Positions 49,153-57,795 of a stretch of DNA of 64,000 nucleotides are shown here, piece after piece. Numbering within the stretch: position 1 is the first letter of the stretch; each line of letters begins with the position of its first letter. Under the pieces are notes generated by a model. The model made no database searches. It saw nothing but the letters and a program-made list of their open reading frames with translations, and was not told where the DNA came from. Origin of the DNA: a virus (Duplodnaviria; Caudoviricetes); IMG/VR virus record IMGVR_UViG_3300032233_002382, positions 192,001-256,000 of that record. One strand, 5' to 3'. A program made the translations under genes and the position numbers.

Positions 49153-49953
49153 TTACAGGGTAAACGGGGTGCTGCCGTCGTCCTCGAGGCAGTAAAGAGC
49201 CGCACCAGCGGGTAGACCGACGCGAGCGCCACCAGGCTGAAACGAAGAAGAGCTAAACTTGCTTAAGTTTCCGTAAGCGAAGCTTAAAAGAACTGGACCG
49301 GTCTCAACTAACTGGGGAGCAACGACGTCCTGGATGGCCGAAACAAGGGTGTTCTGAGCAGCGGTCGTAAGGTACTGCCAAGAAGTCAGACCAAGTATCG
49401 TAGCACTGCTAACGTCTATGGAAGAGGCAGTAGGATAAACGCCCGCCTCAAGAGCCGCGACGGATAATCCGACAACAGCAGTCGTGGATAAACCGAGCAC
49501 CGTCTCCAAGGTAGAAGTCGCATCTACCTTAACGTAACCACTCGGACCTTTGTTGGTGCCGGTCGAATCGATGAAAACTCGGTTAGTGCCGCTGTTCCGA
49601 GCTACTAGTCTAAGAGAGTTTGCGGAAAAACCGGCATTCAGATCACTGATGATAGTAGCGATCGGAACGGCTGCACCGGCAGTCACGGTAATGGTAGCAT
49701 TCGAGCCGGTAGCAGAATCCTTAATTACAAGAACGTTCGCACCAGCCGCAGTATTGAACGTAGCGCCAGCCACGGTTCCGTTTAGGGTGACCGGAGCATA
49801 AGCATTCAAAACTGACAGAAGAGCGTCAGACATGGGCTTAGAGAAGTACCGGCTTTGGCCAGGAGGCTCGGCGGAGAAGCAGCGCTGAACGCGGCTTTCT
49901 ACGTCGTTAACGTAAACTTTCTGGATATCGGTACGAAGGGCTCCTACGCGCAT
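49153..49953 (-). CDS. putative virion decoration protein
   Basis: AGGAG SD; T/A/V-rich inserted domain resembling sheath insert domains. Confidence 0.5.
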   Translation of the reverse strand: MRVGALRTDIQKVYVNDVESRVQRCFSAEPPGQSRYFSKPMSDALLSVLNAYAPVTLNGTVAGATFNTAAGANVLVIKDSATGSNATITVTAGAAVPIATIISDLNAGFSANSLRLVARNSGTNRVFIDSTGTNKGPSGYVKVDATSTLETVLGLSTTAVVGLSVAALEAGVYPTASSIDVSSATILGLTSWQYLTTAAQNTLVSAIQDVVAPQLVETGPVLLSFAYGNLSKFSSSSFQPGGARVGLPAGAALYCLEDDGSTPFTL

Positions 49954-49971
49954 ATTAGACTCCTATATAGC

Positions 49972-50544
49972 TTAGAGGGTGAAGGTGTTGCTGTACTTAG
50001 AATTAGCGAAGACCTGAGCGGTCCAGCCAGCACCCGGAACTCCGATAGTTACGGTGCCATCAAGAATATCGATCTGGGTAGCTAAGAAGGCGGAGAATCC
50101 AGACGAAGGAATCGTCTGACTATCGCCAGTCAGGTTCGTGAGAATCACGTAGGTAATATCTGGAGCTACCGAAAGGAAGGTGGTGCCGGTAATCGTGGTA
50201 GTACCCGCAGCATTCGATGCGGCAGTAATAGTAGAAGTCGTAACTAGGTTCGAGGCGACGATCGCAGTACTAACTACTCCGGCAGTCGTCAGCCCGCTGA
50301 TCGTGCCTAGATTATAAGAAAGAAGAACTTCGTCAGTAGGGACTAAATCGACGTAACCCTTGACGGCAGGGTTGGCCGGATTGGACTTAGGAACGTAGAT
50401 CTTTTGCTTGGCAATTTGAGCGTAATTCGTGAAGTTGCTCTGACTCCGGTCGATCTTATCGATCAGAACGGTATCGAGATTCACGCTTAGGCTATTAACC
50501 GAAGACGGGTTTTCATTTATGACGCGAACGAGATTTATTGGCAT
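49972..50544 (-). CDS. putative decoration protein: shared N-terminal anchor domain plus IPT/Ig-like C-terminus
   Basis: IYVP...GYVDL motif shared with 55094 and 61802 genes. Confidence 0.55.
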   Translation of the reverse strand: MPINLVRVINENPSSVNSLSVNLDTVLIDKIDRSQSNFTNYAQIAKQKIYVPKSNPANPAVKGYVDLVPTDEVLLSYNLGTISGLTTAGVVSTAIVASNLVTTSTITAASNAAGTTTITGTTFLSVAPDITYVILTNLTGDSQTIPSSGFSAFLATQIDILDGTVTIGVPGAGWTAQVFANSKYSNTFTL

Positions 50545-50559
50545 TTATTTACTCCACTA

Positions 50560-51198
50560 TTATAATGGCATACCCGCTAGCAGTCTAGCTTGAATCTGGA
50601 AGTCAGTGGAAGCAGCAGTTCCTCGTAAGAACAAAACGGTGCTAGTCGGGAACGCAGACCCGAATATGATTCCAGTGCCAACACCAGGCATCGGAAATTC
50701 AGCACCATTAGGTTCAAAGGCAACATACAGAGTCTGTCCCGACTCGACCTCAAAATTAAAATTATTCGCCGTGAGAGGAAGCTGAAGCTCTTCAGCAGTC
50801 AATCCTACTGAGCCAGACAAAACGAGAGTTCGGTTAGGAACAGAAGAAAATGGCAACACCATTTGAGGTGTCTCGGGCGTTCCTACCACACCATAAGGGT
50901 CGATAGGAGCGATCCGCACCCAAAATGGTGTTGTATCATCAACAGCAGCCACAGAGGCAGTATAATCGGTCGGATCGAATAAAAATCTCGTTAACCCACG
51001 GAATTGTGAATCCTGAGTGTTGAGCGTTATGGGTGTAACTGATTTATATCCATTTGACGGAACATCTTGGAACGCATTAAATGTTCCGTTGAAGTCCGTG
51101 CTAGCCTGGAATTGAAACCCAGACACACCAGAACGCTTCGGGAGCGTGATATCCACAACCCCTGGCCGACGTCTGTAAATCGAAAGCGTCCTAGGCAT
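50560..51198 (-). CDS. hypothetical beta-rich virion protein
   Basis: ORF in decoration cluster. Confidence 0.5.
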   Translation of the reverse strand: MPRTLSIYRRRPGVVDITLPKRSGVSGFQFQASTDFNGTFNAFQDVPSNGYKSVTPITLNTQDSQFRGLTRFLFDPTDYTASVAAVDDTTPFWVRIAPIDPYGVVGTPETPQMVLPFSSVPNRTLVLSGSVGLTAEELQLPLTANNFNFEVESGQTLYVAFEPNGAEFPMPGVGTGIIFGSAFPTSTVLFLRGTAASTDFQIQARLLAGMPL

Positions 51199-51233
51199 CC
51201 TAGGACAGATGATTTAATAAAACCCCAACAAAA

Positions 51234-51632
51234 TCATTCAGGTTTTTCAGTCTTGACCTTCGAAACATAAGTAGCAGCTGAATCCGGTCCTGAGTCCTTT
51301 AATGCTTCCATCTGGGCTTCTTTCCATGAGCCCATCTCGACGCCTTTGTAATTCGGAACGGCGCCTTTCTTGATGCTAGCGAATTTCTCATTTTGGCGAC
51401 GTTCGGCAGCTGCCGCCTGTTTAGCACGATATTGCTTAAACCGATTACCCTTAGACGGCCAGCTTCCCGATGGACCATCCACGAAGGACACTAAAGGAAC
51501 CGTAGGAGTGAACGTATAATCACAGGAACCACCACATTCACAGGTGGGGTGATGTAGATCTCGAGAAGAGATCGAGCAGGAATCTTCCTGAACTTCACCA
51601 CAGGAAGTGCACTTAAAATCGTAAGTAGGAAT
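51234..51632 (-). CDS. FmdB-family zinc-ribbon protein with ATT start
   Basis: AGGAGG-CTACC-ATT CCT ACT TAC GAT TTT AAG TGC = (M)PTYDFKCTSC...CECGG, in frame with ORF 51234..51491. Confidence 0.8.
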   Translation of the reverse strand: MPTYDFKCTSCGEVQEDSCSISSRDLHHPTCECGGSCDYTFTPTVPLVSFVDGPSGSWPSKGNRFKQYRAKQAAAAERRQNEKFASIKKGAVPNYKGVEMGSWKEAQMEALKDSGPDSAATYVSKVKTEKPE

Positions 51633-51658
51633 GGTAGCCTCCTACCCCACTATACTGA

Positions 51659-52759
51659 TCAATCGTTCTCATCTTCCGGTATCTGTTCGAACTGAGACTC
51701 CTGAACTATCTGCTCAATATCATCCTGAGATACCTGCTCATATTCCGAGTCATCACGATCTTGCAGTTCTTCATCTTCAAATATAATCTCGATATCATCA
51801 TCATCTATTTCTTCGATAGGAATCTCTACGTACTCATCCATCTTTGCCCAGTTATCCTGGATAGCATCTTCGATGTTTTCATCAGGCAATTCTTCATACA
51901 GCTCGTTAAGATAACTTTCAAATCGCTTCAAAGCAGCATAAGTATGCTTACATAACCAGATCTTTTTATCAGGATCGCGGACGTTGGGTGTTTCAGCCGT
52001 TCCCATCGGGGCGCCAAGAAGATATTTATTACGCTTGGCGTGGTATTCGGGACCGTTATACTGCCAATATTTACAATCGCAGTTTAACACAATATTATTA
52101 TCGTCGATCATGCTCAAATTGACAGTATGAGCGTCTTTACCACCCGTGGCAGTGAATGAGAACACGTTAGTTTCAGGATCGTGGCTTAGCACCTTGATGC
52201 TGATGGACTTCGCGTTGTCTTTTGCAGGTTCGACCGCCTTAGTCAAAAGATATTCGGGAGTTAGAGCTACTCTTAGAATAAGTGGTCTATTTAAGCGAGT
52301 CGAAGAATGTCGTACGGGCGATTCTTCCGTGCGATACGGATAGCTCACATATTGAGTAATGTCAACATCCGACATGTAACTTGTGTCTGTTGGCACCTGA
52401 ATATTCTCGTCTTGGTAAAGATCTTGGTGACGAGTCTTAGAATCGGGAGTTACAACATCAAATATGGAGCCCGGCTCACTTGAAGGAATTGTAGGTTCGA
52501 CATCTTCATACTTGAATGTCTGATAACTGAATAAATCACCTTCAGGAGTTGCTCCAGACGGGGTCACCCCGTCAGCCACTTTTTTGGCGACAGATATATG
52601 ACTGCTTGCAACAGTGACTTCCGCCCTAATAGGAATGAGGAAGATCTGTTTTAAATGATCTGGTATTGCAGCCGCAAAACTCACGATATCAGGGAACACA
52701 TCCTGACATTTAAACGCATATTCAGCAGCTTCAGACAGAATGAATCCGGAAGATTCCAC
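51659..52759 (-). CDS. SWIM-type zinc finger protein with acidic tail
   Basis: CDCKYWQY...CKH (CxC-n-CxH); AGGAGG SD with GTG. Confidence 0.75.
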   Translation of the reverse strand: MESSGFILSEAAEYAFKCQDVFPDIVSFAAAIPDHLKQIFLIPIRAEVTVASSHISVAKKVADGVTPSGATPEGDLFSYQTFKYEDVEPTIPSSEPGSIFDVVTPDSKTRHQDLYQDENIQVPTDTSYMSDVDITQYVSYPYRTEESPVRHSSTRLNRPLILRVALTPEYLLTKAVEPAKDNAKSISIKVLSHDPETNVFSFTATGGKDAHTVNLSMIDDNNIVLNCDCKYWQYNGPEYHAKRNKYLLGAPMGTAETPNVRDPDKKIWLCKHTYAALKRFESYLNELYEELPDENIEDAIQDNWAKMDEYVEIPIEEIDDDDIEIIFEDEELQDRDDSEYEQVSQDDIEQIVQESQFEQIPEDEND

Positions 52760-52768
52760 GGTCGCCTC

Positions 52769-53137
52769 CTAAGCATCGCCCCGATCAAATACTATCGGGT
52801 TACCCGTGCGACGGGGCATCTTAAGTCGAACATCCTCAAGCACACGTTCTAACTCATCAACCTTGTCTGGGCGTAAACTCTGCCGAAGTTCTTCGTAGTC
52901 TATCTTATTCATAGCTAAGGCTGCAGCTTCTAGCGCCTTTTCAAGCTTCATCAAAGTGTTCGGAACAGCTTCTATCACATCACCAGCTACAGCATAAAAA
53001 TGATCTTTCTTCGGGGATTCGTTCACTAAATCTAGTACTCTGACTATATATCCTTTGAGTTCGTCGCATCGAAGACGAGCGTCCGATAACTCCTCCTGTA
53101 TATAAATAGTGGCGCCAGCAGTATGATTAGTAGCCAT
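52769..53137 (-). CDS. helical hypothetical protein (122 aa)
   Basis: clean ORF in operon. Confidence 0.55.
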   Translation of the reverse strand: MATNHTAGATIYIQEELSDARLRCDELKGYIVRVLDLVNESPKKDHFYAVAGDVIEAVPNTLMKLEKALEAAALAMNKIDYEELRQSLRPDKVDELERVLEDVRLKMPRRTGNPIVFDRGDA

Positions 53138-53165
53138 ACTACTGGCGCCCCATTAAAAAACGATA

Positions 53166-54146
53166 TTAAGCGTCGAACTGTTCAGGGTATTCTTTGACTA
53201 AGAGCTTCCTCATCTGGTCACCTTCAGCAGCATAAAGCGCTTCAATAAATTCAGCCGAAGGGTTTACGGACTTAAGCGCTGCAAGTCTATCAGCCAATTT
53301 GCCTTCAAACACCCAATCCGAAGGAAAATCCGGGCAGATCGAACGAGCGATCCGGATTCTCGGAGATAATTTTTCGGTAGAAATCGCCTTAGCTGGCTTA
53401 GGATCACGAATGTTACTAGTGTCTCTGATCGATATGCCTTCAACATGATCGACACTAGAGTTTCTCACACGACCGACTACATTTGACTCATCTGAAGAGT
53501 CAGTTTCTATGCGATCAACTCTTCCGACGTTCGATTTAATCGTCACGCCTTCCTTTACGACAGTTTTTTCGATTAAATCGGCTCTGACATTCGATAAGTT
53601 TTCAAGCTCTTGGAGCTTGCGACCTGAATCACTTCGGGAAGCTTCGAAAGTAGCCTTAGCACTGGTCTTTATGCGAGCGATTGTGACCGCCCCCTGGTCA
53701 TCAGATGTGTCGCTCTTAACGTCTAACCGGCTCTTTCGATTATCTTGAGCCGTAATTATCTTAGGCCCCTGGGGCGAAGCGGAGGACCGATCCGCAACCT
53801 GTAGCACTTCATCTTCATCAAGAGAAGAAGTCTCGATGACAGCGGGAGAAGCACGCTGCACTTTGTTTAGATCGCGGTTGATTGTTTGAGCCTTAGCTAT
53901 GTTTCGCGTAGGTCTGACAGCCTCGACCGAAGGCATGTCGTCCATGGCCAAAGTAGCCCAGCCACTTAATACGGCCCCGCGCATCTGAGGCTGACTGAAC
54001 TCCATACCAGAGTATTTCAGGATCGAACCGTCATACTCGAATTCGTCGCCCTTCATAATGTCGACCGGACTAGCTCCACCGACTCGAATCTTCATCTGAG
54101 CGAAAAATTTAAGGAAGTTTCCGCGCTGCCACTTAATTTGCTCCAT
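53166..54146 (-). CDS. hypothetical protein (326 aa)
   Basis: AGGAGG SD inside hairpin arm. Confidence 0.6.
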   Translation of the reverse strand: MEQIKWQRGNFLKFFAQMKIRVGGASPVDIMKGDEFEYDGSILKYSGMEFSQPQMRGAVLSGWATLAMDDMPSVEAVRPTRNIAKAQTINRDLNKVQRASPAVIETSSLDEDEVLQVADRSSASPQGPKIITAQDNRKSRLDVKSDTSDDQGAVTIARIKTSAKATFEASRSDSGRKLQELENLSNVRADLIEKTVVKEGVTIKSNVGRVDRIETDSSDESNVVGRVRNSSVDHVEGISIRDTSNIRDPKPAKAISTEKLSPRIRIARSICPDFPSDWVFEGKLADRLAALKSVNPSAEFIEALYAAEGDQMRKLLVKEYPEQFDA

Positions 54147-54150
54147 AATA

Positions 54151-54186
54151 TTGAGCCTCCTGCGATACTATACGCAGGAGGCTCAA
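54151..54186 (-). promoter_or_regulatory. 14-bp hairpin sequestering the SD, with TATAGT -10 box in its loop
   Basis: minus strand TTGAGCCTCCTGCG-TATAGTAT-CGCAGGAGGCTCAA-TATT-ATG. Confidence 0.75.
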
Positions 54187-54214
54187 AAATGTTTATAGAA
54201 AATTTAAGAGTAGG

Positions 54215-55051
54215 TTAGACTGGAGGCCTATGACCGGGTTTCATCGTTACCCGAGTGTTCGTTGGAGGTATCGTAATCAAACTTAATTGATGTAGAACGT
54301 AGTCAGTCAATTCCTTTACTGCATCTACATCCCAGACCTGGGTAGTCCGAACGGCAGGATCTTTAACATGGTCATTAACAGCCAGAACAATATCATCTTT
54401 GTAGATATCCATAATTCCATGCTTCTGTAGCCATTTTTCATACCGATCCATCCATTTATAAACATCAGGTCCGATCACTAAGGGCTCACTAACCTTTTTG
54501 CTTTCTGGAGGTACCTTTTTCTTTACTTCCTCAATAAAATCTACGATCGTGGGACAAGGGTCTGTTAGGAATTCAACACCATTTTCGACTACGTTCTCTT
54601 TTTCATCCAATTCAATAAATAAGTCGGAAACCCAACGATAAGTGTCGATACCGGCAATCGCACCGCCACCCAAAGCTTTGTTGTAGTATCTCACAAATAG
54701 TGCAGCATCAACAATCTGAGTGCCCGCTTTTGTTCTACTAGGTTTAGCGCCAGTCCAGTTTGTGGACGGCTCTTCAGATTTATATGATGGGTCACGAGAT
54801 ACCAGAAAATGAATAGTTCCTCTTCTATTAGTATTAACAAGCTCCGACGATTTCATGCCGAATGTGGATGAGTCCCCTTTAAACGCCTTCGTGCCTTCTG
54901 CCGTAACATCTTCCATACTTAAGAAAACACCAGAGCAAGCCTTCATCAGAGCATCAGCTACGCCACGGTTAATCTTGGTACCCAAAGTACGATCTGTAGC
55001 CGTGTTAAGGCTACCAGCAATTCGAGAGGCGATTCTTATAAATATATCCAT
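54215..55051 (-). CDS. hypothetical protein with RIASRIA leader
   Basis: CAGGAG SD; MDIFIRIASRIAG. Confidence 0.6.
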   Translation of the reverse strand: MDIFIRIASRIAGSLNTATDRTLGTKINRGVADALMKACSGVFLSMEDVTAEGTKAFKGDSSTFGMKSSELVNTNRRGTIHFLVSRDPSYKSEEPSTNWTGAKPSRTKAGTQIVDAALFVRYYNKALGGGAIAGIDTYRWVSDLFIELDEKENVVENGVEFLTDPCPTIVDFIEEVKKKVPPESKKVSEPLVIGPDVYKWMDRYEKWLQKHGIMDIYKDDIVLAVNDHVKDPAVRTTQVWDVDAVKELTDYVLHQLSLITIPPTNTRVTMKPGHRPPV

Positions 55052-55093
55052 TTGGTTCTCCTGTATTGGAAAATAGTTAAAGAAAGCTTAACA

Positions 55094-57763
55094 TTAGAAG
55101 GCGTCCAATTCGACCACAAGGTCAGCGGATGAAAGACCGGAAGAGCCTACGACCTCAACCGAAAAGAATTCCCCTAGTTGGAGATCCTCTGATACGGTAT
55201 AGCAAGTAGCTAGTTTATCAGAATTAGATAGAGTAGCAGTCATGGCGGTAGGAAACCCAGAACCTGAAATGCCAGTAGAAGAACGTTTTAACGTCACAGT
55301 CGTCGTCTTTCCCGTTCCAGGCGGGACCCGAAGTGTGATCATCATCCCTTGTATGATCATCTTTTGCTGGGCCCTCATAAACACTTCGGTGTTGTCGAGA
55401 TTCGTCACAAGAGTACCGGGCCACATATAGTGAGCAGGAGAGGCATCTACATTTCCTTTAAGACCAAAAGTGAATAACATAGGGGTGACGTAAGTAGTGA
55501 AGGGCCGTTGACCGGCAGTCTTGTTTACAAGATCGCAACCGGGACCTAGCTGAATCCCGTAGGTGATGAATCCAGATCCGGGACTTGTCTGCAGAATATC
55601 CGATCCTGAGTAATTCAATAAAGTGAAAATCAATGAATCAGTACCAACTACACCATTAGTGAAGCAGGTCCAAACAGACCCAGAATAAGTTCCACCATAT
55701 ACTCGAGTGCTAGCATTTAATGAGGATGACCCGACAGGAAAATCATTAGCGCGAGTCCACGCGCCTCCACTATTAACTATCCAAATACCATTGTTCGTTC
55801 CAACTGTCTGGCCAGTGGCTAATACTTGCATGCCAGTTGTCAAAGCGACGCCCTGAAGTGTGTAGGCGCCTGTCAAAGCGATATTAGTGGTCGCAGCTAC
55901 CACAACAGGTAATTTAGTGGTAGAAGTAATAAAGGGTGCGCTCCCGATAGAACTTGTTCTGAATTGAGCGGAACCTAATGAATTCGATGATGAGACGCCT
56001 ACATAGCTTCCGGTCGAATTGATATCTGTAGGCTCTCTTACGTAGATATTGGTATCCCGGAAAGTGATTTCGGTCGCAGTTGTTATATCAACCCCGCGTT
56101 TATTACCGCCCCCATTCGAATAAATATTTACGGTTACGCCACGTGTGAAATTAAAACTAAATGCTGAGTTACCAAGCAAAGTAGACCCGTTCGCCAGTAT
56201 TCCTGTAACGTTTGTAGAAGCCGCTGCAGATAGTCCGGAGTTGTCGACAGTGATAACGGCGGTGCGTAGCTTACTGGTGCCCGATGTATTGCCGGGCAGT
56301 GCGATACCAACCAAGTTAGTCGTTGAATTACTAGAATTAAGCTGAAGATTCAGGTCTTCAACACGACTGTTTTCACCCATAGTGAGCATCGTGACAACGC
56401 CACCGGGGTTAGAAGCATTCATCAGGATCTTAGTAGTTTGAACGTTTTGACCACGCATCGCACAACCAGTTGGCATCGTCAAACCGGTTGTTGAACTTGA
56501 AAGCGTATAAGTTCCAGGCATGATCCAAAGCGTAGCGGGAGACCCGAAAGAAGCGACCGCAGATAAACCAGCTTCGACTGTCTTAAATGATCGACCGTTT
56601 ACAGAGCCCGTGGCATCATTACCGTTAACGATATCAACTACTGCAACATTACCTAACCCGCCTAAACCCGGAAGCCCAGAAGGTCCGATCGCTCCAGTAG
56701 GTCCGATCGGACCCGTTATGCCCTGAATTCCTTGAATTCCCTGGCTCCCGGTTGCGCCGGTCGGCCCTTGAATGCCTTGTATTCCTGAGGGACCAATGGG
56801 GCCTGTGGGGCCTTGTAGACCAATAGGCCCTGTAGAACCAACCGATCCAGTTGCGCCAACAGGACCGGTCGGGCCCGTTAAGCCAATCGGTCCGGTCGAA
56901 CCTGTGGGACCAACAGATCCATTAGGACCAGTCGGACCTACTATTCCGCCGTGAGTAAGAGCATGGATTACTCCATACTGATCTTTCCAGTATAATTCAT
57001 CATCGGATACCTCAGTATATATAGAGCCTCTTGGGACGTCGATGCCTGGGGTGGGAGTAAGAACTACAGCAGTAGGATCCGATATTAACGAAACTGTGTT
57101 TCCACCAAAGTATGCAACCGTATCTGGATCTAAACCTCCGGCACTACCGGAACCAGAAAGTAGCACTCGAGTTTTGCCGAATGGTAGTTTTAAAACTACT
57201 CCAGAAAGTGACGCAGCAGCGATATTAACGCCAACGCTACTAACATCGATTCGATATGTTGCTATATTATAGCCCGATAAATCGGTGCTTTTGTGTACAG
57301 CTAGTATAGGATAATTACCATTTAAACCGGCAAAAGCACCAGATAATCCTGACACCTCGACAGTTTCATATCTAATGAAGCCAAAGGATTCTGCAAAATC
57401 GAGGACGAAAGACAGTGTATCATTCTGACGTTGTACGTTGTTAACTAGAGCTGTTAGGGGAGCTCCGGTCTTAGTAGTACCGCCTTCGTCTTTGTGATCC
57501 TTAAGCAAAAATACGAAATCCGCCGTAATTAAACCAGCTTGGACGAATTTAAATATGCTTCCCTCCTGGAGGGAAAGCATGGAACGGGATGACATAGGGA
57601 CGTCGACATAGCCGCCGACCGGTACGTAAACCGGAACTTTTCGGTGTTGGTACTCCAAACCAGTATCAAGATCATTTATTTGTACTGATGTTATATTAGG
57701 CGACCCGTCCGCCATGAGACCAGTATGAGTAAGACGCACATAAAAAACAGTCAGATTATTCAT
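55094..57763 (-). CDS. collagen-like fibre: anchor domain, Gly-X-Y repeat, pectin-lyase-like beta-helix, tail-fibre insert
   Basis: GPTG.. triplets at about 56650-56950; WIMPGTY beta-helix start; [10 protein letters not shown]...TNNGIW...WTRA motif. Confidence 0.8.
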   Translation of the reverse strand: MNNLTVFYVRLTHTGLMADGSPNITSVQINDLDTGLEYQHRKVPVYVPVGGYVDVPMSSRSMLSLQEGSIFKFVQAGLITADFVFLLKDHKDEGGTTKTGAPLTALVNNVQRQNDTLSFVLDFAESFGFIRYETVEVSGLSGAFAGLNGNYPILAVHKSTDLSGYNIATYRIDVSSVGVNIAAASLSGVVLKLPFGKTRVLLSGSGSAGGLDPDTVAYFGGNTVSLISDPTAVVLTPTPGIDVPRGSIYTEVSDDELYWKDQYGVIHALTHGGIVGPTGPNGSVGPTGSTGPIGLTGPTGPVGATGSVGSTGPIGLQGPTGPIGPSGIQGIQGPTGATGSQGIQGIQGITGPIGPTGAIGPSGLPGLGGLGNVAVVDIVNGNDATGSVNGRSFKTVEAGLSAVASFGSPATLWIMPGTYTLSSSTTGLTMPTGCAMRGQNVQTTKILMNASNPGGVVTMLTMGENSRVEDLNLQLNSSNSTTNLVGIALPGNTSGTSKLRTAVITVDNSGLSAAASTNVTGILANGSTLLGNSAFSFNFTRGVTVNIYSNGGGNKRGVDITTATEITFRDTNIYVREPTDINSTGSYVGVSSSNSLGSAQFRTSSIGSAPFITSTTKLPVVVAATTNIALTGAYTLQGVALTTGMQVLATGQTVGTNNGIWIVNSGGAWTRANDFPVGSSSLNASTRVYGGTYSGSVWTCFTNGVVGTDSLIFTLLNYSGSDILQTSPGSGFITYGIQLGPGCDLVNKTAGQRPFTTYVTPMLFTFGLKGNVDASPAHYMWPGTLVTNLDNTEVFMRAQQKMIIQGMMITLRVPPGTGKTTTVTLKRSSTGISGSGFPTAMTATLSNSDKLATCYTVSEDLQLGEFFSVEVVGSSGLSSADLVVELDAF

Positions 57764-57795
57764 GTGGAGGCCTCAAGATAGGTGTAATTTGACAT

